Positions 19,481 through 28,521 of a stretch of DNA of 64,000 bases are shown one piece after another. Positions within the stretch are counted from its first letter, which is position 1, and each line of letters opens with the position of its first letter. The position numbers were made by a program, and so were the translations under genes. The notes beneath the pieces are model-generated. The model searched no databases and had not been told where the DNA came from. It worked only from the letters and a program-made list of their open reading frames with translations. The DNA comes from a virus. The stretch covers positions 1 through 64,000 of the IMG/VR virus record IMGVR_UViG_3300037851_000192; one strand, given 5' to 3'.

Positions 19481-19755
19481 CGTTCGCCGATTGCAAGTAC
19501 GCCGACCTCGTGGCGGAGGGACTCGCGGGGCAAGTGCGCGTCCATCGTGAGCGGCTTGGCTGCTCGAAGCGGAGGCTCGCGAAGCTCGTCGGGATCGAGC
19601 CGAGCTATGTGACGAAGATCGAGAGCGGCGAGAAGGTGCCGAGCGTGGCCGTGCTCGTTCGGATCGCGTTCCACTTGCGGATTCCCCCGTCGCGCTTGTT
19701 CGCGGACGCGGAGCAATTCGCGGCGACGTTCGGCGAGGTTGGTTGGATCCGGTGA
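19477..19755 (+). CDS. XRE-family helix-turn-helix regulator
   Basis: LGCSKRRLAKLVGIEPSYVTKIESGEKVPSVAVLVRIA. Confidence 0.7.
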   Translation: MTFADCKYADLVAEGLAGQVRVHRERLGCSKRRLAKLVGIEPSYVTKIESGEKVPSVAVLVRIAFHLRIPPSRLFADAEQFAATFGEVGWIR

Positions 19756-20351
19756 CGCGGACGGGGCAGCGCGTTCCGAAGCCGAAGCCGTTCGCGTGCC
19801 CGGCGTGCGGCAAGGCGTTCGCTATGCCGGTGCCGGCCGAGAAGCACGCGGGCTCGGCCGATTGCGTGCTCGTGCAAACGCGCAAGGCGTTCGAGGCTCG
19901 AGGCTTCGCGCGCGCCTACTCGTGGGCGGGCACGCTCGCGGCGTGCGGCTTCCCGATCGAGCGCGGGCCGACGACGCTCGCGCGGGCTCCGCGGGACACG
20001 GCCGAGGAGCCTTGGCGGTCAAGGTCGGTCAGTCGGCACACGGTCGAGATCCCGATCGATGGGCCGTGGGCTCCGCGCTACGCGATCGAGGCCGCCTACC
20101 TGTTCCAAGACGTGAAGATCGACGCGGCGAAGCGGCGCGAGGTGATCCTTATGGCCGTCGAGGACGAGGAGTTCGCGGCGTCGTGCTCGGCCGCACGTTC
20201 GCTCGGAGGCACGCGGGCGGTTCACGCGCTCGTCCTCGCGGTGATAAAGCAGCGCCCAAGGCCGACGCGAAGACGCGGCGGGGGGGATGCCGCGGACGAC
20301 GAACCTTGGGCGCTACCTTCCGAAGCTACCACGCCCAAGCCGATCCGATGA
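19752..20351 (+). CDS. hypothetical protein with C2H2-like zinc finger
   Basis: GTG 19752 (GTGA overlap); FACPACGKAFAMPVPAEKH. Confidence 0.5.
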   Translation: MTRTGQRVPKPKPFACPACGKAFAMPVPAEKHAGSADCVLVQTRKAFEARGFARAYSWAGTLAACGFPIERGPTTLARAPRDTAEEPWRSRSVSRHTVEIPIDGPWAPRYAIEAAYLFQDVKIDAAKRREVILMAVEDEEFAASCSAARSLGGTRAVHALVLAVIKQRPRPTRRRGGGDAADDEPWALPSEATTPKPIR

Positions 20352-20364
20352 AAGGGGATCGACG

Positions 20365-20574
20365 ATGCACGTTTGGATCGTGACCAAGGGCGAGGAAGGG
20401 CAGGGCGCCGGGATCGAGGCCGTGACGGCGACGCTCGCGCGGGCACGCTCCGCGGCGCGAAAGCTCGCGGCGTCGAGCTTCGGCGATTGGACCGAGGACG
20501 GCAAAGATCGATGGACCAACGGTTGTGACGTGGTCGAGGTCGAGCGGCACGAAGTCCAGGGCGCGAAGTGGTAG
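20365..20574 (+). CDS. hypothetical protein
   Basis: ATG 20365 in ORF 20287..20574; MHVWIVTKGEEGQG... Confidence 0.45.
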   Translation: MHVWIVTKGEEGQGAGIEAVTATLARARSAARKLAASSFGDWTEDGKDRWTNGCDVVEVERHEVQGAKW

Positions 20575-20584
20575 GCTTGCGACC

Positions 20585-20764
20585 ATGGGCGACGAGGCGC
20601 GGATCTGGCGCGTTGTCGAGCCGATGCTCGCGACGCTCTCGAGCGAGGAACGTGCGCGCTTGTTCGCGGTCATGCTGGCGCGCTTTTGCGTCGCGTGCGG
20701 CCGGGACCTCGAGGCGACGGCGTGCCGTTGCCTACGGTGCGCGGACACGACGAGGGCGCCGTGA
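20585..20764 (+). CDS. hypothetical Cys-rich small protein
   Basis: ATG 20585 in ORF 20525..20764; CVACG...CRCLRC. Confidence 0.4.
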   Translation: MGDEARIWRVVEPMLATLSSEERARLFAVMLARFCVACGRDLEATACRCLRCADTTRAP

Positions 20765-21018
20765 AGCTCGACGAAGAACTCGAAAAGCTCGGGAACGATC
20801 TCGGCGGCGTGCTCTCGTCGCTTTGGGGGAAGGACGTCGGGCCCTACGCCAAGGGGCAGATCGAGCGGGTGCGCCGACGGATCCTTGATCTTGCGTGCGA
20901 GGAGCGGGCGAAGGCCGCGGTTGTCGATTCGTTCCGAGCCGAGATCGCACGCTTGAAGGAAGCGGACCCGGCGGGCAAGCTCGCGGCGCTCGAGGCACTC
21001 CGGAAGCCGAAGCCGTGA
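20761..21018 (+). CDS. hypothetical protein
   Basis: GTG 20761 (GTGA overlap) in ORF 20686..21018. Confidence 0.45.
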   Translation: MKLDEELEKLGNDLGGVLSSLWGKDVGPYAKGQIERVRRRILDLACEERAKAAVVDSFRAEIARLKEADPAGKLAALEALRKPKP

Positions 21019-21023
21019 TCCGT

Positions 21024-21311
21024 TCAGTCGAGGCCGAGAAGCGCGGCGACGACGCGGGCGTAGAGGTCACGAAGGCGGCGATCGAGTAGGGCGCGGAGGT
21101 CTCGAGGCCGGAGCGCGTAGGGCGAGGAGCGCGCGGTTGCGCCGACGTTCGCGAGCAAGTCCTCGATCGTTTCGTTCGAGTCTACGCGCGAGGCGAGGCC
21201 GGACACGGCGTGGGCGACGTCGGGGCGGTAGCGAAGCTCGAAGGCCTCGCAACGGAGGAAGCTCGCGACGGCTCGGCGGGTGGCTCGTTCGTCTTCTGCG
21301 ATCGGGGGCAT
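21024..21311 (-). CDS. hypothetical protein
   Basis: ORF 21024..21311(-); convergent with the plus-strand module. Confidence 0.5.
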   Translation of the reverse strand: MPPIAEDERATRRAVASFLRCEAFELRYRPDVAHAVSGLASRVDSNETIEDLLANVGATARSSPYALRPRDLRALLDRRLRDLYARVVAALLGLD

Positions 21312-21365
21312 TGGTCGAAGACCTCGAGGAAGCGGGCGGAAAGGATGCTCATGGGGGCGGGATCA

Positions 21366-21587
21366 CTACCACGGCCGCGGGCATGGTGGCGAGTCGGGGA
21401 CGTCCACGAAGCAACGGCACTCGCACGGCGGCCGAGGCTCGGGGCAGACCGCGGGCTTCGGCTCGCGGAAGTCGAACTCTTGACCGAGCGTGCGGACGCC
21501 AACGGCGAAGCCGGTCACGAAGGCGAGGATCGCGAGGAGCACGCCGAGCGCGGCGCGCGTGAACTTGGGGTAGGTTGGTGGCGTCAT
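21366..21587 (-). CDS. small membrane protein with Cys/Pro-rich tail
   Basis: ATG at 21587 (GGAG upstream); TM segment AALGVLLAILAFVTGFAVGV, then CPEPRPPCECRC. Confidence 0.45.
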   Translation of the reverse strand: MTPPTYPKFTRAALGVLLAILAFVTGFAVGVRTLGQEFDFREPKPAVCPEPRPPCECRCFVDVPDSPPCPRPW

Positions 21588-21686
21588 GCTCGCGGCTCCG
21601 GCTTGGGCGAAAGGTGCCCGATGATGAAGGCGACGAGCGGACCGAGCCAACGGACGGTGCTTGCGTGTTTCATGGTGCGGATCCTA

Positions 21687-22058
21687 TCAACCGCCGATGG
21701 CGTGTGGCCAGCGGGCGCGAAGGGCCTCGAGGCCGTCGAGGCGCCAAACGGCGAACGCGGCGGAGAACTCGGCGGAGGGCACGAGGGCGATCCCGAGCGA
21801 GACCCAAACGGGGCGGGCGTTGAAGACGGCGACGACCCGTTCTTCGTCTCGTCCCGTCGGGGCCTTGGGGTCGAAGCGCTCGGGGCTCACGATCTCGGCG
21901 GGCACGAGAAGGAGGGCAGCGCCGGCGGACGTGTCGACGCCTACTCGCTCGAGGTCGGCGGGCGTGAGCGCGAGCCAAGCGGCGAGCTTGTCGAGGACCG
22001 CGCGGAGCGTGCCGGCGCTCGAGTGCGGATCGGCGTTCACGATCTCGACGGCGTTCAC
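21687..22058 (-). CDS. hypothetical protein
   Basis: GTG 22058 forms a GTGA overlap with the upstream stop (22055). Confidence 0.5.
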   Translation of the reverse strand: MNAVEIVNADPHSSAGTLRAVLDKLAAWLALTPADLERVGVDTSAGAALLLVPAEIVSPERFDPKAPTGRDEERVVAVFNARPVWVSLGIALVPSAEFSAAFAVWRLDGLEALRARWPHAIGG

Positions 22059-22480
22059 GACTTGCGGGACTCCCGGCGGCCGGTCTCGGCGCATTCGACG
22101 CCGAGGAAGTCGCCAGCTCTACCGAAGACGAAGTGCGCGCCGGCGACGAGTAGCGACAACCCACGGTGCGGATCGGCGTCTTTCGTGTAGGGCACGCCGA
22201 GCGAGTCGAAGAAGGCGCGGAAGGTCTCGCGGTCGGTTGCGCCATGATCGATCACGGGCCCGGCTCCGAACCCCGGCGGGGCGAGCGGGATCGCGTCGTG
22301 CAACGAACGCGGGTGCCGATCGTCAAGGTCGGGCGGCGGTTCCTCGGGGGCGAGAGCGATCGAGAAGGGTTCCGGAGGAACACGCTTTGGCGCGTCGGGG
22401 ATCCCGAGGTCGGAAGCGTCGCGGGGCTTGGGCCCGAGCCAACGGGGCGGCTTGCGTCTCGGCGGGCAGCGGCGCGTCAT
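22055..22480 (-). CDS. hypothetical protein
   Basis: ORF 22055..22480(-). Confidence 0.5.
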   Translation of the reverse strand: MTRRCPPRRKPPRWLGPKPRDASDLGIPDAPKRVPPEPFSIALAPEEPPPDLDDRHPRSLHDAIPLAPPGFGAGPVIDHGATDRETFRAFFDSLGVPYTKDADPHRGLSLLVAGAHFVFGRAGDFLGVECAETGRRESRKS

Positions 22481-22507
22481 GGTCTCGATCCTTTCATAGC
22501 GTGAAGG

Positions 22508-23083
22508 CTACCAGACCCACGTTTCGACGATCACGGCGTCGTCGCTCGGGTGGCGGGGGATGCAAACGCGAGAGCTTGGCGCGACGGCAGCGACGGCGAC
22601 GCGGGCTTCCTCGAGGGAGCCGACGACGGCGATCGGAACGAGGTCGGCCGAGAGCACGCCTTCGACAAGCGACCAACGGCGAACGACGAAGCGGCCGGGA
22701 TAGTCGCTCGGGTTCAAGTAGACGACGACGAACTCGGCGCGCGTGTCGCGCTTGCCTGCGTCGGGGAAGGGCGGCGGCTCGGCGGGTGCGGGTTCTTCGA
22801 CGCGCTCGACTTCGGTCCCGTGCGTCTTGTCGTGCCAAGCGACGAGGGCCTCGAGGAAGGCGAGCGCGGCGGCGACGTCGCTCGAGTCGGATTGCACGAA
22901 GCGGAGTTGCGCCGAGCCCGGCGGGTTGCGTTGCCGGCGGCCGCGGGAGCGCACATTGTCGAAGGTGCCGATCGATAGCTCGGCAGCTATACAACCGGCC
23001 GCGGCCTCGAGGCCTCGAACAACGCGGGCCGTGAGTCGTGGCTTAGGGGGACGCTCTCGGTTGCGGTCTGCTAAGTGGCCCAT
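22508..23083 (-). CDS. hypothetical protein
   Basis: ORF 22508..23083(-). Confidence 0.5.
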   Translation of the reverse strand: MGHLADRNRERPPKPRLTARVVRGLEAAAGCIAAELSIGTFDNVRSRGRRQRNPPGSAQLRFVQSDSSDVAAALAFLEALVAWHDKTHGTEVERVEEPAPAEPPPFPDAGKRDTRAEFVVVYLNPSDYPGRFVVRRWSLVEGVLSADLVPIAVVGSLEEARVAVAAVAPSSRVCIPRHPSDDAVIVETWVW

Positions 23084-23103
23084 GGTCTACGGCTTGGGCG
23101 GGC

Positions 23104-23364
23104 TCACGCTTGGGGCGTCTCGAGGCCGAAGGCAGCGCGGACGAGGGGCGGGGAGCAGAGCGGGCACGCGAAACGGATCGGGCGCTCGGCGCCGGGAAGA
23201 AGCCCGACGAGCGGATCGCCTCCGGCGTAGGAGCACTCGGGGCAACGGTAGGCCGCGGCCGCGTGCTCGATCGTGGTGGCAAGGTGCTCGGCGTTCTCGG
23301 TGCCGGGTACGGCACGAAGACGGCGAGCGAGTTCAAGGGCGCGCGGCGCGAACGGGTGGCTCAT
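23104..23364 (-). CDS. hypothetical zinc-ribbon protein
   Basis: ATG 23364 inside ORF 23104..23826(-). The upstream part of that ORF is Arg-rich junk. YRCPECS...FACPLCS. Confidence 0.5.
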   Translation of the reverse strand: MSHPFAPRALELARRLRAVPGTENAEHLATTIEHAAAAYRCPECSYAGGDPLVGLLPGAERPIRFACPLCSPPLVRAAFGLETPQA

Positions 23365-23633
23365 GCCCCACGGCTTGGGCGCCTCGAGGAAGTCGAGCGG
23401 AGGGCGGCGGACGCGGAGAAGACAAGGAGGGAGCGACGCCAAGTGCACACGACGCGGAGGGAGACGAGGGCCCATGCGGAGGGGAACGGCGGCAACGAAG
23501 ACGCGGACGCGGTGGCGGGTGCCGTGAAGGGGAAGGCGGCAGCGTTCAAACCGAACGCCCGAGCGGAAACGGTTCCGCGGGAGCGTAAGAAACGAAAGGG
23601 GTGCGCGTGCTCCTCGACGGTTCGCGCTTCGGG

Positions 23634-23642
23634 TGGTAGCTT
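23634..23642 (+). promoter_or_regulatory. extended -10-like TGGTAGCTT, 7 nt before ATG 23650
   Basis: TGGTAGCTT-gtgaccc-ATG; same motif and spacing recur at other gene starts (see findings). Confidence 0.3.
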
Positions 23643-23649
23643 GTGACCC

Positions 23650-24558
23650 ATGAGCGCGGCAGCGGGGATCTACTCGAGGGACCTCTACAATCGGCTTGTG
23701 GGAGCCTTCCGAGAAGCGGGGGGCGTGGCAAGGCATGCGGCGCGCTTGTGCGGGGTGAACGAGAAGACCGCACGAAAGGCCTACCTTTTGGGCTGGCCCC
23801 GCTACGATTGGGCGCGGCCCATTCAACTAGTGCTAGCGGAGGAACGGGAGAAGTCCTTGTCGGTGGTGGCCGAAAGGGCCCGGCGCGAGGCGGCCCGAGC
23901 GGAAGCCGAAGGCCGGGCAGCCCGCGAGCACTCCGTCGAAGCGGTGGCGCAAGAGGCCGCGGTACTGACCGCGGCACGGAAGAACGTGCTCGCGGTCTTC
24001 GGGCTAAGCGCCCGGCTCGTGCCGGCGATGGACGCGCTTGTGGGCGTCGTGCGTCACGCGACCCTTGGGCCGGACGGGAAGCCACGACCGGCGCATGAGA
24101 TCGACCTAACGCCCGAGCAAGCGCTCGGGCTCTTGAAGTCGCACGCCGGGATCCTTTCCCGGGCGATGGCGGTCGGGCAGCAAGTGATCGAGCTTGGGCG
24201 CGCGGAGCGGGGGCAGGCTTCGGCGATCGTCGGCGTGGCCGTGGCGGACCTAACCCCGGAGCAAGCCGCGGAGTTGATCGAGGAGCAAGAGGCAGCGGTC
24301 GAGCTAATCCGCGGCGCCGGCCGGCGGGGAGCTATCCGAGACCGGCCCCGGATGCTTGGGGGGCCCGGCGGCCCGAGCAAGGTCGAGATCCTCGAACACC
24401 GCGAGGCGCTCGAGGCGTTCGGCGCGGGGGCTCCGGCGGAACCGCTCGAGGACGTCGAGGGCGACGCGGCCGCGGTCCCGCGTTTCGTTTCGGACGCCCG
24501 CGCGGAAACTTCCGGCGGGGCGTTCGCCGCGAACGGCGCCGGCGGGGGCGGCTCATGA
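23650..24558 (+). CDS. HTH-domain protein (regulator or possible small terminase)
   Basis: N-terminal HTH VARHAARLCGVNEKTARKAY followed by a long helical region. Function not established. Confidence 0.5.
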   Translation: MSAAAGIYSRDLYNRLVGAFREAGGVARHAARLCGVNEKTARKAYLLGWPRYDWARPIQLVLAEEREKSLSVVAERARREAARAEAEGRAAREHSVEAVAQEAAVLTAARKNVLAVFGLSARLVPAMDALVGVVRHATLGPDGKPRPAHEIDLTPEQALGLLKSHAGILSRAMAVGQQVIELGRAERGQASAIVGVAVADLTPEQAAELIEEQEAAVELIRGAGRRGAIRDRPRMLGGPGGPSKVEILEHREALEAFGAGAPAEPLEDVEGDAAAVPRFVSDARAETSGGAFAANGAGGGGS

Positions 24559-24929
24559 AGCGCTTGCCCTATCATTCCCGCCGGATGAATACGGCGGTCA
24601 CGATGCCTTGGACGCTGCTCCTCGATCTTGAACTCGAGGCGCAAGCCCGGGGGGTCACGCGCTCGCAGCTCGTATGCGAGGCGGTGGCGCTGCTCCTCGG
24701 GGCGGAGGTCCCGCCCCCACGCATGACACCGCGCTCCCGCCCCCAACGGCCGGGACCGAGGCCGAGGCCTCGGCGGCACCGATACATTCCCGCCGAGTTG
24801 CGCGAGGCCTCGGCTCCTTGGCTCCGCGAGCCGAAGGGCGGAGCGGCCGAGCCGTTCGTCGAACCCGAGGACAACCCGCGGCGGCCGCTCGTCCGCCAGC
24901 CCGCGGACCTCGGGGCGCTCGAGGGGTAA
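24555..24929 (+). CDS. ribbon-helix-helix (CopG/Arc-like) protein
   Basis: ATGA overlap start; VTMPWTLLLDLELEAQARGVTRSQLVCEAVALLL. Confidence 0.5.
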   Translation: MKRLPYHSRRMNTAVTMPWTLLLDLELEAQARGVTRSQLVCEAVALLLGAEVPPPRMTPRSRPQRPGPRPRPRRHRYIPAELREASAPWLREPKGGAAEPFVEPEDNPRRPLVRQPADLGALEG

Positions 24930-25053
24930 GGCGCCCGGGGCTCCTCGAGGCCGAGGCCTTCGACCCGATGATCCCGAGCCCGGCGGCGGGGGCGGTCAAC
25001 TTCGGGGCGGGGATCCTCGAGGGGCGGCGAGGCTCGCAAGTTCCGAACGAGGG

Positions 25054-25195
25054 CCCCCCGGGGGGGTAGGGGGGAGGTAGGGCGGCGGGGGCATAAGCGC
25101 CGACACCGGGGCACGAGGGGAGGGGGGTCGCCGAAACACGTTTCGTCGGGGGCGCCAGCTAGGGCGGGCGCTACCCCGGTATGCCCCCCTACCCC
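25054..25195. repeat. G-tract-rich segment bounded by a 12-bp inverted repeat
   Basis: GGGGTAGGGGGG 25063-25074 vs CCCCCCTACCCC 25184-25195. G-runs of at least 4 start at 25060, 25069, 25087, 25108, 25117, 25122 and 25148. Confidence 0.7.
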
Positions 25196-25237
25196 ACATT
25201 CCCCGATATAGTCCGTGAGCTATACACCGACCAACCC

Positions 25238-25276
25238 GAACGCGCGGAACGAACGCGCGGAACGAACGCGCGGAAC
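25238..25276. repeat. 3 x 13-bp perfect tandem repeat GAACGCGCGGAAC
   Basis: Units 25238-25250, 25251-25263 and 25264-25276, in non-coding DNA. Confidence 0.85.
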
Positions 25277-25314
25277 GGGCAGCGGGCGGAGGGCCCGCGG
25301 AAAGCGGCTCCGGC

Positions 25315-25590
25315 TCACGGTAGGCGCATGGGGCGGTCGAGCTTCTCGCACGCCGGGCACCATACAAGCCGGGCGCGGCCCCCCTTACAGCCGAGAGCGA
25401 TCGAGGCGGTGCGCGGTTCGCGCTCCTTGCGCTCGCCGCATAGCGTCGGCCGCAACCTCGAGGGCTCGGCCCCGAGCCGCTCCGCGGCGTCGAGGGCTAG
25501 GGCCTCCGGGGAGTCGAGGGGGAGGACGTGCATAACGTAGCGAGCGGCGCCGTTCCACGTCTCGAGGAAGACGCCGATCCGAGCCTTCAT
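25315..25590 (-). CDS. hypothetical protein
   Basis: ATG 25590 in ORF 25315..25911(-); MKARIGVFLETWNG...; last gene of the leftward operon. Confidence 0.5.
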   Translation of the reverse strand: MKARIGVFLETWNGAARYVMHVLPLDSPEALALDAAERLGAEPSRLRPTLCGERKEREPRTASIALGCKGGRARLVWCPACEKLDRPMRLP

Positions 25591-26081
25591 CGCTTCCGCC
25601 TCCGGCCGAGGAGCGCCGGCGGGACCGCGGCGCGGAGGAACGACGCACCGGCCTCCGGACCTCCGAGGGCAAGGGCGCCGGCGTGCGCTCGGGCGAACTC
25701 GGGATCGTCGAGGAGTCGGCGCACGAGGGCCCCGCGGGCTTCGGCGCAAAGGCCGAGCTTGGCCGTTAGCGCGGCAACGCTCACGGCGAGGCAATCGGCC
25801 CACGCTTGGCGCCAAGGGACCATGACGAGATCCGGCCGCTCCCGGTTCGCGGTCGCTCGTGTCCACGGGTGCACGTTCCGCGGTAGGCCAACCTTCGGCC
25901 CCGCGTTCCATGGCGGGCCGGCGTGCTCCCGGCGGACGGCGTGGACCGCGGTCTCGAGTTCTTCGACGCGAACGCCCGCGGCGCGAAGTGCGGCCGCCGC
26001 TCCCTTCGCGAGTCGTAGCCCGCGGCGCGTGGCGTGCTTGGCTTCCTCGAGGGCGAACGCCCGCGCGGTCTGCGGCTTCAT
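25587..26081 (-). CDS. hypothetical protein
   Basis: ATG 26081; ATGA overlaps at both ends. Confidence 0.5.
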   Translation of the reverse strand: MKPQTARAFALEEAKHATRRGLRLAKGAAAALRAAGVRVEELETAVHAVRREHAGPPWNAGPKVGLPRNVHPWTRATANRERPDLVMVPWRQAWADCLAVSVAALTAKLGLCAEARGALVRRLLDDPEFARAHAGALALGGPEAGASFLRAAVPPALLGRRRKR

Positions 26082-26368
26082 CGGGCGGGCAGCTCCCGCG
26101 CGAGCCGTTCGCGCTCGAGTTCGCCCGTCGGGGTCAAGTGGTAGAAGGCGGTCCCTTCCGGCGTTGCATCCCAAGTCACGAGCCCCCGGGCCTCGAGCGC
26201 GTTGATCGTTCCGAGCGTCGTGCGGCACGGGTCGGGACGTAGCGGCGTGAACCCCGCGGCGCAAAGGTCAACTCCGCCGCACGCCCAACGCTCGTCGCGG
26301 ACGTAGACGCGGCCCGGTTCCATGGCGAGCAGCAAACGGATCGCGGCGTAGCGGTAGCGAAGGCTCAT
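26078..26368 (-). CDS. winged-helix-like small protein
   Basis: ATG 26368; TINALEARGLVTWDATPEGTAFYHLTPTG. Confidence 0.45.
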   Translation of the reverse strand: MSLRYRYAAIRLLLAMEPGRVYVRDERWACGGVDLCAAGFTPLRPDPCRTTLGTINALEARGLVTWDATPEGTAFYHLTPTGELERERLARELPAR

Positions 26369-26595
26369 GGATCGGTTCCTTCGTCGAAGGGCTTTCCGTC
26401 GTGCACGACGACGGCCGCCCACCAATCGGGCGGCGAGCACCGATCGCACCGAAGGTGGAAGTGCGGCCGGTCTTGCGCGCTTCGACAAAACCGGCAGCGA
26501 TCGACGTGCCCGTGCTCGACGCGCATGGGTTCGTCGCACACGGCGCACGAGTAGCGCGCGGGCTCTTGCTCGGTCGGTCTTCCTCGGATCGTCAT
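26365..26595 (-). CDS. Cys-rich zinc-finger-like small protein
   Basis: ATG 26595; CAVCDEP...RCRFCRS...LRCDRC. Confidence 0.5.
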   Translation of the reverse strand: MTIRGRPTEQEPARYSCAVCDEPMRVEHGHVDRCRFCRSAQDRPHFHLRCDRCSPPDWWAAVVVHDGKPFDEGTDP

Positions 26596-27239
26596 GGGCC
26601 TCCGATGAACTCGGCCGGCGTTAGGTTGCGAAGCGTGCGCGCGAAGTTCTCGACGGCCGCGGCGTGCGCGCTCGTTGGCGTGCCGTATGCGTGGAAATAC
26701 CAAAGCTCCTCGGACGTGTAGATCGTCGGGAGGTATTTGCGGAACATGCGTCCCGCCCATTCGACGGCGACGGCTTCGATCCGGCAAGGGCAGAAAAGCA
26801 CCGGATCGTCGCGCCGTTCTCGGAACTCCAGCGGGAACGGCTCGGGAAACCACGTCGTTTGACGGTGGTGCCAATCGCCGGATCGTCGGATCTCCTCGAG
26901 GCGGTTGCCCCACGAAAGCCACCAATCCGGAACACGGATCCCATAGCCGTTGTATCGGAAGACCTCATGCGCGAGCATGCCGGCGATCGCGGTTCGCACG
27001 ACCTCGCGGATCGCGCCGTCGCCCTTTGCCGCGACGGTAACGAGGCGTTCGGCAAATCGGCTTTGGCCCGTAACGCAATCGTGCGAGTGCTCTCCGTCGA
27101 AGCGCACCCACCAACCGAAGAAGCAATCGCCGGGCGTGATACGCAACCCCACGAGCGGGATCGGTAACTCACCGGCTAGCGGTTCAGTGTTGGCGCACTC
27201 GCACCAACGCTCCGTTTCGTTCGTTCGTTTCGTCTTCAT
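26592..27239 (-). CDS. hypothetical protein
   Basis: ATG 27239 (MKTKRTNETERW...) in ORF 26592..27272(-). Confidence 0.5.
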   Translation of the reverse strand: MKTKRTNETERWCECANTEPLAGELPIPLVGLRITPGDCFFGWWVRFDGEHSHDCVTGQSRFAERLVTVAAKGDGAIREVVRTAIAGMLAHEVFRYNGYGIRVPDWWLSWGNRLEEIRRSGDWHHRQTTWFPEPFPLEFRERRDDPVLFCPCRIEAVAVEWAGRMFRKYLPTIYTSEELWYFHAYGTPTSAHAAAVENFARTLRNLTPAEFIGGP

Positions 27240-27243
27240 GGCT

Positions 27244-27741
27244 TCACCAAAGGGGGAGTTGGATCGTTGCACACGCGACGCGGAGCGCGTCGAGCCCGCC
27301 GAGCCGTTCGGCTGCGTCGAGCGCGCGCCGGAACTCGCCGTCGCGCTCGAGGTCGAGGAGCCGGCCGGGGATCCGTTCGAGCGACACGTCGGCCGCGAAC
27401 AAGCGCCGAGCGAGGAACGCGACCCACGCCGGGCGCACGACGAAGACGTTTCGGATCTCGGTCGTGCAATCGATCGGCACGTCGGCCGGATCGATTGGCC
27501 AGCGCTTCAACGCTTCCGAGTCGTTCGGTTTCGGGAAGGCAAGCTCGACCGTCCGCACGGCCCACGCCCGAAGCCCGCCGAACGCTTTGAAGCCGGAGCG
27601 GGGATCGCTCTCGGGGAAGCGGGCAAGCGGACCGCCGAGCACGGGCCCGAGTTCGTCGGGCACGCCGAGCCACGTCTCGCCGTGCTCGTCGCGCCAAGCG
27701 ATCCCGATGATGGTCGGGAGATCGGAGTAGCACGGCGTCAC
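27244..27741 (-). CDS. hypothetical protein
   Basis: GTG 27741 gives a GTGA overlap with the upstream stop 27738. Confidence 0.45.
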   Translation of the reverse strand: MTPCYSDLPTIIGIAWRDEHGETWLGVPDELGPVLGGPLARFPESDPRSGFKAFGGLRAWAVRTVELAFPKPNDSEALKRWPIDPADVPIDCTTEIRNVFVVRPAWVAFLARRLFAADVSLERIPGRLLDLERDGEFRRALDAAERLGGLDALRVACATIQLPLW

Positions 27742-28136
27742 GCCGAGCCCCCGGCTTCCTCGAGGAGCGCGGCCGCCGTCCGAAGAAGCTCGCCCGCGGT
27801 AGCGGCTCCGCCGCGCTCCGCGCGGTCGGCTCCGGTTCGTAGCGTCGCGGCGACTTCGGCGCGGTCGGAAGCCAGGAACGCGCGCCACGCTCGCGCCGTG
27901 TTCGTGCTTGTCTTCGACTCCGGCAACGCGACGAGATCGGCGCCGACGAAGCGCCGCGCGCGGTGCACGGCCTCGAGGATCTCGTCGGGTTCGACCTCGC
28001 AATCGGCGCACGCTCCCGACGAAAGGCCGACGAGTGTCCGCCCGTCTTCGTCGTGTCGTTCGATGCACACGACCGTCGCGGAGTCGATCCACGAGTCGCC
28101 GATCCGAACCCACTGTCCGCGCGTTTCGATGCTCAC
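27738..28136 (-). CDS. hypothetical protein
   Basis: GTG 28136 preceded by GGAGG. Confidence 0.45.
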   Translation of the reverse strand: MSIETRGQWVRIGDSWIDSATVVCIERHDEDGRTLVGLSSGACADCEVEPDEILEAVHRARRFVGADLVALPESKTSTNTARAWRAFLASDRAEVAATLRTGADRAERGGAATAGELLRTAAALLEEAGGSA

Positions 28137-28140
28137 GCCT

Positions 28141-28521
28141 TCAACCTCCGTCCGTATGGCTTGGGCGCTTCGCGAGGGCTCGGCGCCAAAATGGTTGCTC
28201 GTCGGGCTCCGCGCTATCCGGCTCGATTCCGATCGCAACGCACGCGGCGTCGTGAAGCGCCACGTCGCGGCCGAGGATCCACGCGGTCTCGAGCGCGGCG
28301 AGGAGTTCGGGATCGAGGCGCACGGCGCGGAGCAGATCCACGATCGCCGGCTTCGCGTGATCGCTAAACCAGATCGCTCGGATCCGCTCGTAGAGTCGAC
28401 CGACCTCGAAGGGCTCGACGGCGATCGTGCGGCTTGGGTTCAAGCCGCTGCCCGGCCGCACGTCGTAGCCCGCGGCCTCGAAGAACTCGCGGGCGTCGTA
28501 GCCTAGAAGGCGTCGCGTCAT
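28141..28521 (-). CDS. hypothetical protein
   Basis: ATG 28521 (MTRRLLGYDAREFF...). Confidence 0.5.
   Translation of the reverse strand: MTRRLLGYDAREFFEAAGYDVRPGSGLNPSRTIAVEPFEVGRLYERIRAIWFSDHAKPAIVDLLRAVRLDPELLAALETAWILGRDVALHDAACVAIGIEPDSAEPDEQPFWRRALAKRPSHTDGG

Noticed and set aside
23361-23651. 96-aa ORF 23361..23651(-) coupled by ATGA to gene 23104..23364
   Set aside because: Its ATG would overlap the divergent ATG of gene 23650..24558 within a single CATG. That leaves no room for either promoter, and the composition is weak. It might still be real with a different upstream arrangement.
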